A DNA stretch of 64,000 bases, taken from the NCBI GenBank assembly GCA_018712275.1, contig DVHI01000096.1:107-64106 (forward strand), given 5' to 3'. Numbering within the stretch: the first letter of the stretch is position 1; every line of letters starts with the position of its first letter. The position numbers and the translations under genes were made by a program. Shown piece by piece: positions 49,351-59,400 of the stretch. Below the pieces are notes generated by a model, which searched no databases, had not been told where the DNA came from, and saw only the letters and a list, made by a program, of their open reading frames with translations. This DNA is from Candidatus Coprenecus avistercoris (GTDB taxonomy: Bacteria; Bacteroidota; Bacteroidia; Bacteroidales; UBA932).

Positions 49351-50270
49351 CAGGAATTGAAAATGTTTTGCCAAATGGCATATGTGCCCGGTGCCAGCGA
49401 CGAGACCGGCGTCAGATAAGTGTAGGCCATCCAGATAGCCAGCACCGTATTTTTCTGCCCCAGAGCCTGCCCCGCCGTGATACTGTCCCCGAAAGCGAGC
49501 CCGGTACGCTTCCCGAACCAGTACTGCAGGACACAGCTGAGCAGGGCCGCTGCGGCCAGAAGCCACAGCACCAGAGCCGGAGCCGTACTGTTGTGCATGG
49601 AGCGCACGGTCTGCCCGATAGCCAGGGCCAGAGCCCCCGCCCAGAGATAGAAAGCCACCCCGGCATGGTCCCTGAAATAGTCATGAGCCTTGGGCCACAG
49701 ATACTTGATCAGCACAGCCAGCAGGAAGGGACAGATAAGCAGGGGAAAGACCTTCGAGAGAATCTTCAGAAACGAACTGACAAACCCCGTCCCCTGATGC
49801 ACCTCCACCAGCGGAAACACGAGGGGCACGAAAGCCGCCGCCAGGATATTGGACATGAGGTTGTACACAGTAATGCGGGCAGCGCTGCCGCCGAGCTTGT
49901 CGGTAACCACCGCAGCGGCCGTAGCCGTCGGACAGATCAGGCAGACCATCGCACCCTCGAATATCTCACGGTAAGTCTCATCCATCGGAACGAATATCAG
50001 CACCCCGGCCATCACCAGGGCCGAGAGCGTCTGGAATGCCAGTATGATCCAGTGCCACCTGGAGATACGCAAATCCTTGAAGTCTATCTTACAGAAGGTA
50101 AGGAAAAGCTGTATGAAAATCAGCGACGGAGTAAGCACCTCCACCACCTTCCACACCGCCGGTTTCACCGGAGACAGAAATCCCGCATAATGAAAGAGGA
50201 AATAGCCTCCGGCACCGGCCAGCATGGCTATCGGCAGGATCCAGTCCTTCAGAAATTGTTTGACACTCAT
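49299..50270 (-). CDS. BASS/SBF-like (bile acid:Na+ symporter fold) about 10-TM transporter
   Basis: It is a 323-aa polytopic protein. It has a GQKNTVLAIWMA motif resembling the BASS Q-N-x-x-L-A signature. It overlaps the upstream thiamine diphosphokinase gene by 4 nt (ATGA). Confidence 0.7.
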   Translation of the reverse strand: MSVKQFLKDWILPIAMLAGAGGYFLFHYAGFLSPVKPAVWKVVEVLTPSLIFIQLFLTFCKIDFKDLRISRWHWIILAFQTLSALVMAGVLIFVPMDETYREIFEGAMVCLICPTATAAAVVTDKLGGSAARITVYNLMSNILAAAFVPLVFPLVEVHQGTGFVSSFLKILSKVFPLLICPFLLAVLIKYLWPKAHDYFRDHAGVAFYLWAGALALAIGQTVRSMHNSTAPALVLWLLAAAALLSCVLQYWFGKRTGLAFGDSITAGQALGQKNTVLAIWMAYTYLTPVSSLAPGTYAIWQNIFNSWQLWRRNHKGGKPVARN

Positions 50271-50971
50271 AGTCTCTTCACATCCAACATTCTATTGAAC
50301 CATCCGGGAAGATAGAGCAGCACCTTGGCCGGATGACTCAGACGCAGCTCCACCTCAGGAGAGCAGACCCGGTTGAGCGTAGCCTTCCACCACATATCGA
50401 AGCGCACCCCGTCCGTAGGATACTCCAGGCCGCTGCTCTCTATCCTCAACGAGGGATCGAAGGCAAATATGGAAAGCGGCTGTCCACTGGGAAGAGTCAG
50501 CCGACATGAGTCCAGGATGGGGACGAAGACCCCGTAATCCGTCACCAGCGAGAGAACGCCGCGGGCCCCGCACTGCTCCAGATACTCGGCGAAGTCCGCC
50601 AGAAGCGAGATATTGCCCAGAGTGTGGTCCTCCCGCTTGCCGGTGGCGCCGAACACGGTGATAGAGAATTCCGGCAGCCTCCTGCCCTTCCCCACCCTCA
50701 GCATGGAGCATATCCAGCGGAAGGCCTTCGAGAGGTCATTGCTCTCCTGCTCTCCCACCGGAAACAGCTGGTCGGCCAGCTCCTGCCGCAGGTCCTCGGG
50801 CAGCGAGTCCATGTCCCCCACCACGAATTCCGGCTTGCGGAAACGCATGAACGAGGATGCGGCCCCGTCGCAGCACACCACCACATCGCAGGACATCAGA
50901 CGGTCCCGGACATCGGCGTTGCCGGGGAAATCCCCGTCACAGAGTATGGCATAGGAAACGGAGGGTCTCAT
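50267..50971 (-). CDS. thiamine diphosphokinase
   Basis: It has VVCCDGAA and GDMDSL motifs and a C-terminal thiamine-binding beta domain. I place the start at the ATG at 50971, which forms an ATGA overlap with the fmt stop. Confidence 0.85.
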   Translation of the reverse strand: MRPSVSYAILCDGDFPGNADVRDRLMSCDVVVCCDGAASSFMRFRKPEFVVGDMDSLPEDLRQELADQLFPVGEQESNDLSKAFRWICSMLRVGKGRRLPEFSITVFGATGKREDHTLGNISLLADFAEYLEQCGARGVLSLVTDYGVFVPILDSCRLTLPSGQPLSIFAFDPSLRIESSGLEYPTDGVRFDMWWKATLNRVCSPEVELRLSHPAKVLLYLPGWFNRMLDVKRL

Positions 50972-53418
50972 ACGGCAGCGCCCCTCCATCCGGCTAGGAA
51001 GCTCCTGACGTCCATACGTTTTTTCGCAGGAGCCTGTATGTCAATAAGGGACAGCACCCCTTCCCCGCAGCGCACCAGGATGCAGGAGCGGTGGTCGGTA
51101 TAGGCCGTTCCGGGCGCGGCCGAGGCGAAGTCCTCCGAAGCACCGGCCGATACTGCCTCTGAGTCAGACAATACAGCGGTACGATAAATCTTCAGTTCCA
51201 GTTCCTGCCCGTCCAGGACGACCGTCCCGTGAGCCCCCGGCTTGGGAGAGAGTCCGCGCACCAGATTATGGAGATTCAGGGCTGGACGGTTCCAGTCCAT
51301 CAGCCCGGTCTCACGGCTGAGTTTGGGAGCCGCAGCCTGCTCCGGCCTGATAGCCGAGGTGTCCTGGGCCATAGGCTCTGCGGTACCTCTCTGAAGAGCA
51401 TCCACTGTCCTGAGCACCAGCTCCGTACCGGCATCCATAAGTCTTCCGTAGAGAGAGCCGAAATCCTCGTCAGGCAGGATATCCACCTCCTGCTGGAAGA
51501 GAATGGCCCCCGTGTCGATATGCTCGTCCAGGAGGAACGTAGTGACTCCTGTCCGCGTCTCACCGTTGATCAGGGCCCAGTTGATGGGAGCTGCGCCGCG
51601 GTAGGCGGGCAGCAGCGAGGCATGGAGGTTGAACGTGCCCTTGGGCGGCATAGACCACACCACGCGCGGCAGCATCCTGAAGGCCACCACGACGAAGAGG
51701 TCCGCATTCCATTGTCTCAGAGCCTCGAGGAACTCCTCATCCTTGAGAGACTCGGGCTGCAGCAGCGGTAGACCCACCGACTGGGCATACTCCTTGACAG
51801 GACTGAAACCTACCTTCTGGCCCCGTCCTATCCTGCGGTCAGGCACCGTGACGGCGCCCACTACATTGTACCCTCCCTCCACCAGGGCGCGGAGCGGTCC
51901 TACAGCGAACTCTGGGGTACCCATAAACACTATACGCAACCGGTTTCCGCGGCTGAGCATGCCGTCCGTAGTGCCGGTCTCCTTTCGTTTATTCATTGAC
52001 AGTCTTGCAAAAAATTTCTTAATAGGTAAAATATAGGTATCCAAATTGAACATGGACGAGTCCTTGGTCGACTTCCATGTCAGGAAAATACCTATCGGAA
52101 GCAGCACGGCAGTGGAAATGAAAGCTCCCAGTTCAGGCGATATGGCACCGTCCCTGGCCAGTTTCCTGCCGGAGGTATCCACCACCCAGTAGAGCACAAA
52201 GAACAGGGCAGATACGATCACCGGCGTTCCCAGCCCACCCTTGCGGATAATGGCACCCAGAGGCGCTCCGATGAAGAAAAAGATAAAGCAGGCGAACGAA
52301 AGCGTGAACTTTCTCAGGGACTCCAGGTCTATCCGCCTGAGATAGAAAGTATACTGGAGAGACTCCCGGTCATAGCTCTGCATCGTCTGGACTGCCTTCT
52401 GAGCGGAACGTATGGCGCCTTTCACTGCATCCAGCTCCAGTTCTGCGCTCTGCCATGCGAGTGTGTCGAGAGGGAAGTTGTCCTCATATCCCTTGTTGAC
52501 GGCAGTGTCGAGCTGACGGGGGGTGCTCAGGGAAATGTTGTATGATATCTTCTCGCGCTGATTGGATAAGGTCTTATCGTAAAGGGCCCCTATCGAGTCC
52601 CGGTCGTGGTGCAGCTGCTGAAGGTTGCGGGCCATGATGTCGTTGCCATAGCGCTCGTCCTCTGACTTCTGGAAAGCGTAGTTCTCCAGGGGAATCACTA
52701 TCTCCTGCATGTCAAACTCCACCTGCTGGAGCTTATAGGTTGTGTCCCGGTACTTACGGGTATTGTCCTCTTCGTATGAGACTCCGTTGTACAGTGTAAA
52801 GACTATCGCCTTCTTGTCAGGGGTAGAGCGGAACAGACCCGAGTCGGCCACGGCGACAGAGATATTGCCCTTGTTCTTGGTGTGGTTGTAGACCATCACA
52901 CCGTACATCATGTCGGTGTCGCTGTTGCGGGAGTTGACCCGGATGGAATAGCCGTCGATACCGTTGTAGAAGGTGCCGGTCGGAATCTTTATCTCATCCT
53001 TGGTCCTCGCGATATCGTACTGAAGGGTAAATATCTTGTTATGAGCCAATGGAATAAGGTTGTTGGAGACAAAGAACGCCGCCACGCTTATCCCGAAGGC
53101 CACGAAAATCAGGGGCAGGAATATCCTCTGGAGGGAGATGCCCGCCGCCTTCATGGCCAGCAGCTCGTTGTTCTCGCCCAGGTTGCCGAATGTCATGATG
53201 GAGGCCAGCAGGGTGGCCAAAGGCATGGACAGAGGCAGGATGGTAGCCGAACCCCAGCCCAGGAACTCCATGATGACCCAGAAACTCAGACCCTTTCCCA
53301 CCAGCTCGTCGATATACAGCCACAGGAACTGCATCACCAGTATGAACACGGTGATGAAGAACGTCATCACGAACGGGCCGAGGAACGACTTGAGCAGGAA
53401 GAGGTCCAGTTTCTTCAT
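50968..53418 (-). CDS. fmt: LptF/LptG-family permease fused in frame to methionyl-tRNA formyltransferase
   Basis: The N-terminal roughly 485 aa have the YjgP/YjgQ pattern (LDLFLLKSFLGPF, NNELLAMKAAGIS, six transmembrane helices). The C-terminal roughly 331 aa are Fmt (LRIVFMGTPEFAV, HASLLPAYRGAAPINWA). I read the junction at 51940-52080 and found no in-frame stop. Confidence 0.8.
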   Translation of the reverse strand: MKKLDLFLLKSFLGPFVMTFFITVFILVMQFLWLYIDELVGKGLSFWVIMEFLGWGSATILPLSMPLATLLASIMTFGNLGENNELLAMKAAGISLQRIFLPLIFVAFGISVAAFFVSNNLIPLAHNKIFTLQYDIARTKDEIKIPTGTFYNGIDGYSIRVNSRNSDTDMMYGVMVYNHTKNKGNISVAVADSGLFRSTPDKKAIVFTLYNGVSYEEDNTRKYRDTTYKLQQVEFDMQEIVIPLENYAFQKSEDERYGNDIMARNLQQLHHDRDSIGALYDKTLSNQREKISYNISLSTPRQLDTAVNKGYEDNFPLDTLAWQSAELELDAVKGAIRSAQKAVQTMQSYDRESLQYTFYLRRIDLESLRKFTLSFACFIFFFIGAPLGAIIRKGGLGTPVIVSALFFVLYWVVDTSGRKLARDGAISPELGAFISTAVLLPIGIFLTWKSTKDSSMFNLDTYILPIKKFFARLSMNKRKETGTTDGMLSRGNRLRIVFMGTPEFAVGPLRALVEGGYNVVGAVTVPDRRIGRGQKVGFSPVKEYAQSVGLPLLQPESLKDEEFLEALRQWNADLFVVVAFRMLPRVVWSMPPKGTFNLHASLLPAYRGAAPINWALINGETRTGVTTFLLDEHIDTGAILFQQEVDILPDEDFGSLYGRLMDAGTELVLRTVDALQRGTAEPMAQDTSAIRPEQAAAPKLSRETGLMDWNRPALNLHNLVRGLSPKPGAHGTVVLDGQELELKIYRTAVLSDSEAVSAGASEDFASAAPGTAYTDHRSCILVRCGEGVLSLIDIQAPAKKRMDVRSFLAGWRGAAV

Positions 53419-53443
53419 TCAGCAGAATCTGTTTATGAGGCGT

Positions 53444-56071
53444 TTAACCTATCTTGTTGACGGATTCGATCATGGCGGTCAGCGCAGCCATCAGACCGTC
53501 CGGGTCCTTGCCTCCGGCCGTGGCCAGGAAGGGCTGTCCGCCTCCGCCGCCCTTGATATGGGCCGCAGCGGCCTTGACATCCTTGCCGGCATGAGCACCG
53601 GCGGCCACCAGGTCGTCGGTGTACATCAGCAGCAGCGAGGGCTTGCGGTCCGGAGTCATGATGGCGGCCACCATAGCGGCACGGGTATTCTCCTTGCGCA
53701 GTTCGAAGGCCACTTCCTTGATAATATCGGGCGAATACACTCCTGTCAGGGTGAACAGACGGACTCCCGCAGGTGTCTCCTCGCTCTTCTCGACCAGAGT
53801 CTTCTTGAGGGCGGCGGCTCTCTCGCGGGCCACCTCCTCCAGGGAGTGACGGAAGGAATCGTTCTCGGCCACGAGTTTCTTGATGGCCGTGATCACGTCC
53901 GGTGTATTCTCAAAGAAGGAGCGCACGGCCGCTATCTGGTCCTCCACTCCGTCAAACATGTCCTCTACGTAGCTGCCTGTGACGGCCTGGATGCGGCGCA
54001 CTCCGGCGGCGACAGCCGACTCGGAGACTATCTTGAGCATGCCGATACGGCCCGTCGAGGCGGTGTGCGTACCTCCGCAGAGCTCTATCGAGTCTCCGAA
54101 ACGGATAGCGCGGACCTTGTCCCCGTATTTCTCTCCGAAGAGGGCCATTGCCCCCATGGCCTTGGCCTCGGCGATGGGGATGTCGCGGAACTCCTCGCGC
54201 TGGAAATCTGAACGGATCAGACGGTTGACCATCCTCTCCACCTCGCGCAGCTTCTCCGGGGAGACCTTCTCATAGTGGGAGAAGTCGAACCTGAAATAGG
54301 CGGGGCAGACATACGAGCCCTTCTGCTCGATGTGGGTTCCGAGTACGGAGCGCAGGGCCTGGTGCAGGAGGTGGGTGGCCGAGTGGTTGTTGGCCGTCTC
54401 CTGACGCTTCTGCCCGTCCACCACAGCGTGGAAGCCGGCCTCGGGCTCCGAGGGGATGCGGTCGGCGATATGGATGCTGAGGTTATTTTCCTTTATAGTA
54501 TTGACGATGCTGATCTTCTCGCCGGAAGGAGATACGATGTATCCGCAGTCCCCGACCTGTCCGCCGCTCTCGGCATAGAAGGGAGTGCGGTCGAAGACGA
54601 GCTGATAGACCTCCTTGCCCTTGGTCTTGACAGTGCGGTACTTGACTATCTGCACGTCGGTCTCCAGCAGGTCGTAGCCCACGAAGGAGTGCTCGTCGGT
54701 ATCGGTGAGCACCACCCAGTCCCCGGCCTCCACGGCTGCGGCGTTGCGGGCCCTGGCTTTCTGCTTGCCCAGCTCTACCTCGAACTCCTCCAGGTCGATG
54801 CTGTATCCGTGCTCGCGGGCTATCAGCTCGCTAAGGTCGATCGGGAAACCGTAGGTGTCGTAGAGGGTGAAGGCATCCTTGCCGGATATCCGCCTGGTAT
54901 CGGAGTTACGCTCCATGATAGTGTTGATCAGGCCGATACCCTTGGCGAGGGTACGCAGGAAGGCTTCCTCCTCCTCCCGGATAACGTTCTCGATAAGAGC
55001 CTGCTGCCTGGCCAGCTCGGGATAAGCCTCGCCCATGACATCGACCAGCACCGGTACGAGACGGCACAGGAAAGGCTCGTTGAAGCCCAGGAAGGTGTAG
55101 CCGTAGCGCACTGCACGGCGCAGGATGCGGCGGATGACGTAGCCGGCCTTGACGTTGGAGGGCAGCTGACCGTCGGCTATGGAGAATGAGATGGCCCTGA
55201 TGTGGTCGGCTACTACTCTCATGGCGACGTCCACGTCCTCCGACTCTGCTCCGTACTTATGTCCGGAAAGCTCACCGATTTTCGCTATGATGTCCTGGAA
55301 CATGTCCCCGTCATAGTTGCTCTTGTTGCCGTTGACGGCCATCACCAGACGCTCGAAGCCCATACCGGTGTCCACGTGATGCAGGGGCAGCTGCTCGAGG
55401 GTACCGTCAGCCTTGCGGTTGTACTGGATGAAGACGAGGTTCCATATCTCGATTACCAGGGGGTCGCTCTGGTTGACCAGATCCCGGCCGGGCACCGCCT
55501 TGCGGTCGGCCTCGTCGCGCAGGTCGATGTGTATCTCGCTGCAGGGGCCGCAGGGGCCGGTGTCGCCCATCTCCCAGAAATTGTCCTTCTTGCTGCCGTA
55601 GAGGATTCTGTCCTCCGGCAGATATTGCTTCCAGATGTCCAGGGCCTCCTGGTCCGGGCCCAGTCCGTCCTCGGGGCTGCCCTCGCAGACTGTGGCGTAG
55701 AGCCGCTCCGGATCGAGCTTGTAGACCTGTGTCAGCAGCTCCCAGGCCCAGGCTATGGCCTCCTTCTTGAAGTAGTCGCCGAAGCTCCAGTTGCCCAGCA
55801 TCTCGAACATGGTGTGATGGTAGGAATCGTGGCCGACCTCCTCCAGGTCATTGTGCTTGCCGCTTACCCTGAGGCACTTCTGGCTGTCCGCCACCCTCGG
55901 GTAGAGTATGGGTGTATTGCCGAGGAACCAGTCCTTGAACTGGTTCATGCCGGCGTTGGTGAACATGAGCGTGGGGTCCCCCTTGACCACCATCGGGGCA
56001 GAGGGAACGATCCTGTGGCCCTTCGAGGCGAAGAAGTCCAGGAACTGTTTTCTAATCTCTTTCGATGTCAT
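53444..56071 (-). CDS. alaS: alanine--tRNA ligase
   Basis: It has the N-terminus [14 protein letters not shown], the class II core, the editing-domain HSATHLLH motif and a C-terminal DHHA1 domain. I place the start at the ATG at 56071. Confidence 0.95.
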   Translation of the reverse strand: MTSKEIRKQFLDFFASKGHRIVPSAPMVVKGDPTLMFTNAGMNQFKDWFLGNTPILYPRVADSQKCLRVSGKHNDLEEVGHDSYHHTMFEMLGNWSFGDYFKKEAIAWAWELLTQVYKLDPERLYATVCEGSPEDGLGPDQEALDIWKQYLPEDRILYGSKKDNFWEMGDTGPCGPCSEIHIDLRDEADRKAVPGRDLVNQSDPLVIEIWNLVFIQYNRKADGTLEQLPLHHVDTGMGFERLVMAVNGNKSNYDGDMFQDIIAKIGELSGHKYGAESEDVDVAMRVVADHIRAISFSIADGQLPSNVKAGYVIRRILRRAVRYGYTFLGFNEPFLCRLVPVLVDVMGEAYPELARQQALIENVIREEEEAFLRTLAKGIGLINTIMERNSDTRRISGKDAFTLYDTYGFPIDLSELIAREHGYSIDLEEFEVELGKQKARARNAAAVEAGDWVVLTDTDEHSFVGYDLLETDVQIVKYRTVKTKGKEVYQLVFDRTPFYAESGGQVGDCGYIVSPSGEKISIVNTIKENNLSIHIADRIPSEPEAGFHAVVDGQKRQETANNHSATHLLHQALRSVLGTHIEQKGSYVCPAYFRFDFSHYEKVSPEKLREVERMVNRLIRSDFQREEFRDIPIAEAKAMGAMALFGEKYGDKVRAIRFGDSIELCGGTHTASTGRIGMLKIVSESAVAAGVRRIQAVTGSYVEDMFDGVEDQIAAVRSFFENTPDVITAIKKLVAENDSFRHSLEEVARERAAALKKTLVEKSEETPAGVRLFTLTGVYSPDIIKEVAFELRKENTRAAMVAAIMTPDRKPSLLLMYTDDLVAAGAHAGKDVKAAAAHIKGGGGGQPFLATAGGKDPDGLMAALTAMIESVNKIG

Positions 56072-56122
56072 ATAGCGTAACTGATCAGTACAAAGTCGCA
56101 AATATACAATAAATAATACACC

Positions 56123-57226
56123 CTACTTCGGCGCGATGCGGTAAAGGACGGCCGCTATCACAGCGTAGAGGATGTTCGGCAGCCACATGGCCAGCCACGG
56201 CGGCAGGGTATCTGTGATGACGAACATCTGGCTGAAGCGCAGGAAGAGGATGTAGGAGAAACTCAGGGCAATGCCCACTCCCAGGTTCAGGCCTATGCCC
56301 CCGCGTCGCTTCTTGGAGGAGAGGGAGACTCCTATCAGGGTGAGGATAAAGGCGGAGAAGGGCACTGCGAAGCGGGTATGCTTCTCGATAAGGGAGTATT
56401 TCACCATGCTGTCCCCTCTCATGCGCTGCATCTCTATAAGCTCGTCAAGTTCATTGTAGGTAAGGGTCTCCACAGTATTTTCCCTCCGGTAGAAATCATC
56501 TACGGTCAGGCGGATCACAGTATCCAGTTCCTTTCCCTGGGCGATAATCCTCTGCCTGGAAGTGATGTAGTCACGGATTACATAGTTCTTCAGCCGCCAG
56601 CTGCCGGATGTACTGTCCCATGCCGCACTCTCGGCCGAGAGCTTGGAGACCAGGTGACTGTCCTCTATGCTCTCCAGGGTGAACTTATAGGCCGTGTTGT
56701 TCCACGTGCTGAAGGACTCGACGTAGACAAATTCCCCGGGAGCTATCTGGTAATGGATGTTACGGTTGGTATTGTAGAACTTCTGCCCCTTGATGTACTG
56801 TTCCTCGAAAGCCAGGCGCCGCTCATTGGCGCTGGGTATGACGAACAGATTGAGCGACAGGCTCATCAGGGCTATGAACAGAGCCGACAGGAAGTACGGG
56901 TACATCAGCCTGCCGAAGCTCACCCCGCCCGAGAGCATCGCTATGATCTCGCTGTTGCCCGCCAGCTTGGACGTGAAGAATATCACGGTGATGAAGACGA
57001 ACAGCGGGCTGAACATATTGATGAAGTACGGGATGAAATTGAGATAGTAGTCGAAGATTATCGCATGGAGGGTCGCCTCCTTGTCCACGAAGTCATCTAT
57101 CTTCTCACTGATGTCGAAGATAATCACTATGACGATGATGAGCAGCAGGGCCACGAAGAAAGTTCCTATGAACTTCCTGATGATGTAGCGGTCCAGTAAG
57201 CGTATTCTGAAGGTGTTGAGATTCAT
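56123..57226 (-). CDS. LptF/LptG-family permease
   Basis: It carries LLDRYIIRKFIGTF and NSEIIAMLSGGVS, has six transmembrane helices and is 367 aa long. Confidence 0.85.
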   Translation of the reverse strand: MNLNTFRIRLLDRYIIRKFIGTFFVALLLIIVIVIIFDISEKIDDFVDKEATLHAIIFDYYLNFIPYFINMFSPLFVFITVIFFTSKLAGNSEIIAMLSGGVSFGRLMYPYFLSALFIALMSLSLNLFVIPSANERRLAFEEQYIKGQKFYNTNRNIHYQIAPGEFVYVESFSTWNNTAYKFTLESIEDSHLVSKLSAESAAWDSTSGSWRLKNYVIRDYITSRQRIIAQGKELDTVIRLTVDDFYRRENTVETLTYNELDELIEMQRMRGDSMVKYSLIEKHTRFAVPFSAFILTLIGVSLSSKKRRGGIGLNLGVGIALSFSYILFLRFSQMFVITDTLPPWLAMWLPNILYAVIAAVLYRIAPK

Positions 57227-57256
57227 CGTCAGTCTGCCTGTTCTTCTTCGTGTGTT

Positions 57257-58387
57257 CTACAGTCTGTTCTGCAGCCGCCTCACCGCGGCCTCCTTCCATG
57301 ACAGGAAATCGCCTGCCTCGATATGCTTCCTCGCCTGGGACACCACGTCCAGATAGAAAGCCAGGTTGTGCTCGCTGGCTATCTGGGCGGCCAGCATCTC
57401 CCCGGCCACGAAGAGATGCCTCAGGTAGGCCTTCGTATAGGCGGTGTCCACAAAGGACGTGCCATGAGGGTCGATCGGGGAGAAATCCCTCTCCCACTTC
57501 TTGTTGCGCATGTTCATCCTCCCCTCCCAGGTGAACAGCATGCCGTTGCGTCCGTTGCGGGTGGGCATCACGCAGTCGAACATGTCGATGCCGCGGGCTA
57601 TGCCCTCCAGCAGGTTCTCGGGAGTCCCCACTCCCATCAGATAGCGCGGCCGGTCCTGCGGAAGGACGGGATGGACCACTTCTATCATCTCATACATCAC
57701 ATCGGTAGGCTCTCCCACGGAAAGCCCTCCGATAGCATAGCCCTCGCAGTCATACGAGGCCACGTTCTCTGCAGCCTCGACCCTCAGGTCCGGATAGACG
57801 CATCCCTGGACTATGGGGAAAAATGCCTGGGAGTAACCGTACAGCGGCTCTGTCTCCCGGAAGCGGGCGATGCCTCTTTTCAGCCACTGCTTCGTCAGGT
57901 CCAGGGACTTGCGGGCGTAGTTGCGGTCGGCGTCGCCGGGGGTGCACTCGTCCAGGGCCATGATGATGTCGGCCCCGATGATGCGCTGGGTGTCCACATT
58001 GTTTTCAGGGGTGAAACTGTGGGCCGAGCCGTCAATATGCGAGCGGAAGGTGCAGCCCTCCGGAGTCAGTTTCCTACTGTCAGCCAGGGAAAATACCTGA
58101 AAGCCACCGCTGTCGGTCAGTATCGGGCGGTCCCATCCGGCAAACCGGTGCAGGCCTCCGGCCATCCGCAGGGTCTCCAGCCCGGGCCGCAGATAGAGAT
58201 GATAGGTATTGCCCAGGATGATCTGAGCCCCGATATCGGCTTTCAGATCCCTGTGGTACACTCCTTTAACAGAACCGACGGTACCCACGGGCATAAAGAT
58301 CGGTGTCTCTATGGTCCCGTGGTCCGTCCGGATCCGTCCTCTGCGTGCGTTGGACGCAGGGTCTGTCTTAAGCAGCTCGAACTTCAT
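57257..58387 (-). CDS. tgt: tRNA-guanosine(34) transglycosylase
   Basis: It carries the motifs TPIFMPVGT, LTDSGGFQ and the zinc site region. It is 376 aa long. Confidence 0.95.
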   Translation of the reverse strand: MKFELLKTDPASNARRGRIRTDHGTIETPIFMPVGTVGSVKGVYHRDLKADIGAQIILGNTYHLYLRPGLETLRMAGGLHRFAGWDRPILTDSGGFQVFSLADSRKLTPEGCTFRSHIDGSAHSFTPENNVDTQRIIGADIIMALDECTPGDADRNYARKSLDLTKQWLKRGIARFRETEPLYGYSQAFFPIVQGCVYPDLRVEAAENVASYDCEGYAIGGLSVGEPTDVMYEMIEVVHPVLPQDRPRYLMGVGTPENLLEGIARGIDMFDCVMPTRNGRNGMLFTWEGRMNMRNKKWERDFSPIDPHGTSFVDTAYTKAYLRHLFVAGEMLAAQIASEHNLAFYLDVVSQARKHIEAGDFLSWKEAAVRRLQNRL

Positions 58388-59341
58388 TTATTTGCCGAGC
58401 TTTGCTCCGATGGCCTTGAGCATGTCGTCCACCATGGCGTCGATGTGCCACTGGGGATTCCAGCCCCACTCCTCGCGGGCGCAGCTGTCGTCCATCATGT
58501 TGGGCCATGAGTCGGCGATGGCGGCCTTCACAGGGTCTACATTGTAGTCGAATGTAGCAGAAGGGATGCGCTCCTTGATCTTGGCAAACAGTTCCTTCGG
58601 GCAGAAGCTCATGCAGGTGATGTTGAAGCTGTTGCGGTGTTTCAGCTTGGAGGGATCTGCCTCCATCAGCTGTACGACTGCGTTCAGTGCATCGGGCATG
58701 TAGAGCATGTCCATGTAGGAATCCTCGGGGATGGGGCAGGTGTAGTGTCCGGTCTTGAGGATCTCGTAGAATACCTCTACGGCATAGTCGGTGGTGCCGC
58801 CGCCGGGCAGACAGCCGTTGGAGATGATGCCGGGGAAACGCACGCTGCGGGCATCCACGCCGAAACGGTGATAGTAGTAGTCGGAGAGGAGCTCACCTGT
58901 CACCTTGCACACACCGTAGATGGTGTCGGGTCTCATGACTGTGTCCTGAGGAGTCTTGTCGTGGGGAGTGCTTACTCCGAAGGCTCCGATGGAGCTGGGA
59001 GTGAAGACAGCTGTCTTGAACTCCTTGGCGAGGGTCAGGGAGTTGACCAGGGCGCCCATGTTGATCTTCCATGCGAGCTCGGGGTTCTTCTCGCCTGTGG
59101 CGGAGAGGAGGGCTACGAGGTTGAAGATGGCATCTATCTTATGTTCCTTCACAGCCTCGCCGAAAGCGTTGAAGTCGAGGGCATCGAGCTTGATGGCCCT
59201 GGCGTAGGAGCCGATCTTGGCCACTGCCTCGTCCTTGAGGTCAGCACCGATAACGTTGTCGTGTCCGTATACCTTCTGGAGGTGGGGAACCAGTTCGGTG
59301 CCGATCTGTCCGCCGGCGCCGATTACCAATATGCGTTTCAT
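58388..59341 (-). CDS. NAD-dependent epimerase/dehydratase family protein, L-threonine 3-dehydrogenase-like
   Basis: It has the Rossmann motif ILVIGAGGQIGTEL and a YGVCK catalytic Tyr-x-x-x-Lys. It resembles short-chain TDH. No kbl gene is in the window. Confidence 0.65.
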   Translation of the reverse strand: MKRILVIGAGGQIGTELVPHLQKVYGHDNVIGADLKDEAVAKIGSYARAIKLDALDFNAFGEAVKEHKIDAIFNLVALLSATGEKNPELAWKINMGALVNSLTLAKEFKTAVFTPSSIGAFGVSTPHDKTPQDTVMRPDTIYGVCKVTGELLSDYYYHRFGVDARSVRFPGIISNGCLPGGGTTDYAVEVFYEILKTGHYTCPIPEDSYMDMLYMPDALNAVVQLMEADPSKLKHRNSFNITCMSFCPKELFAKIKERIPSATFDYNVDPVKAAIADSWPNMMDDSCAREEWGWNPQWHIDAMVDDMLKAIGAKLGK

Positions 59342-59400
59342 ATCTTTAGTATTTTAGAGTGTTTTCCAAACGGCAAAAATAGTATTTTTCTACGAATCTT

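Noticed and set aside
49154-49381. A 75-aa minus-strand ORF containing a duplicated SCGGGII peptide.
   Set aside because: The peptide repeat is just the 22-nt DNA direct repeat read in another frame. The ORF overlaps the transporter's 3' end and the M23 promoter region, and it has no coding signature.
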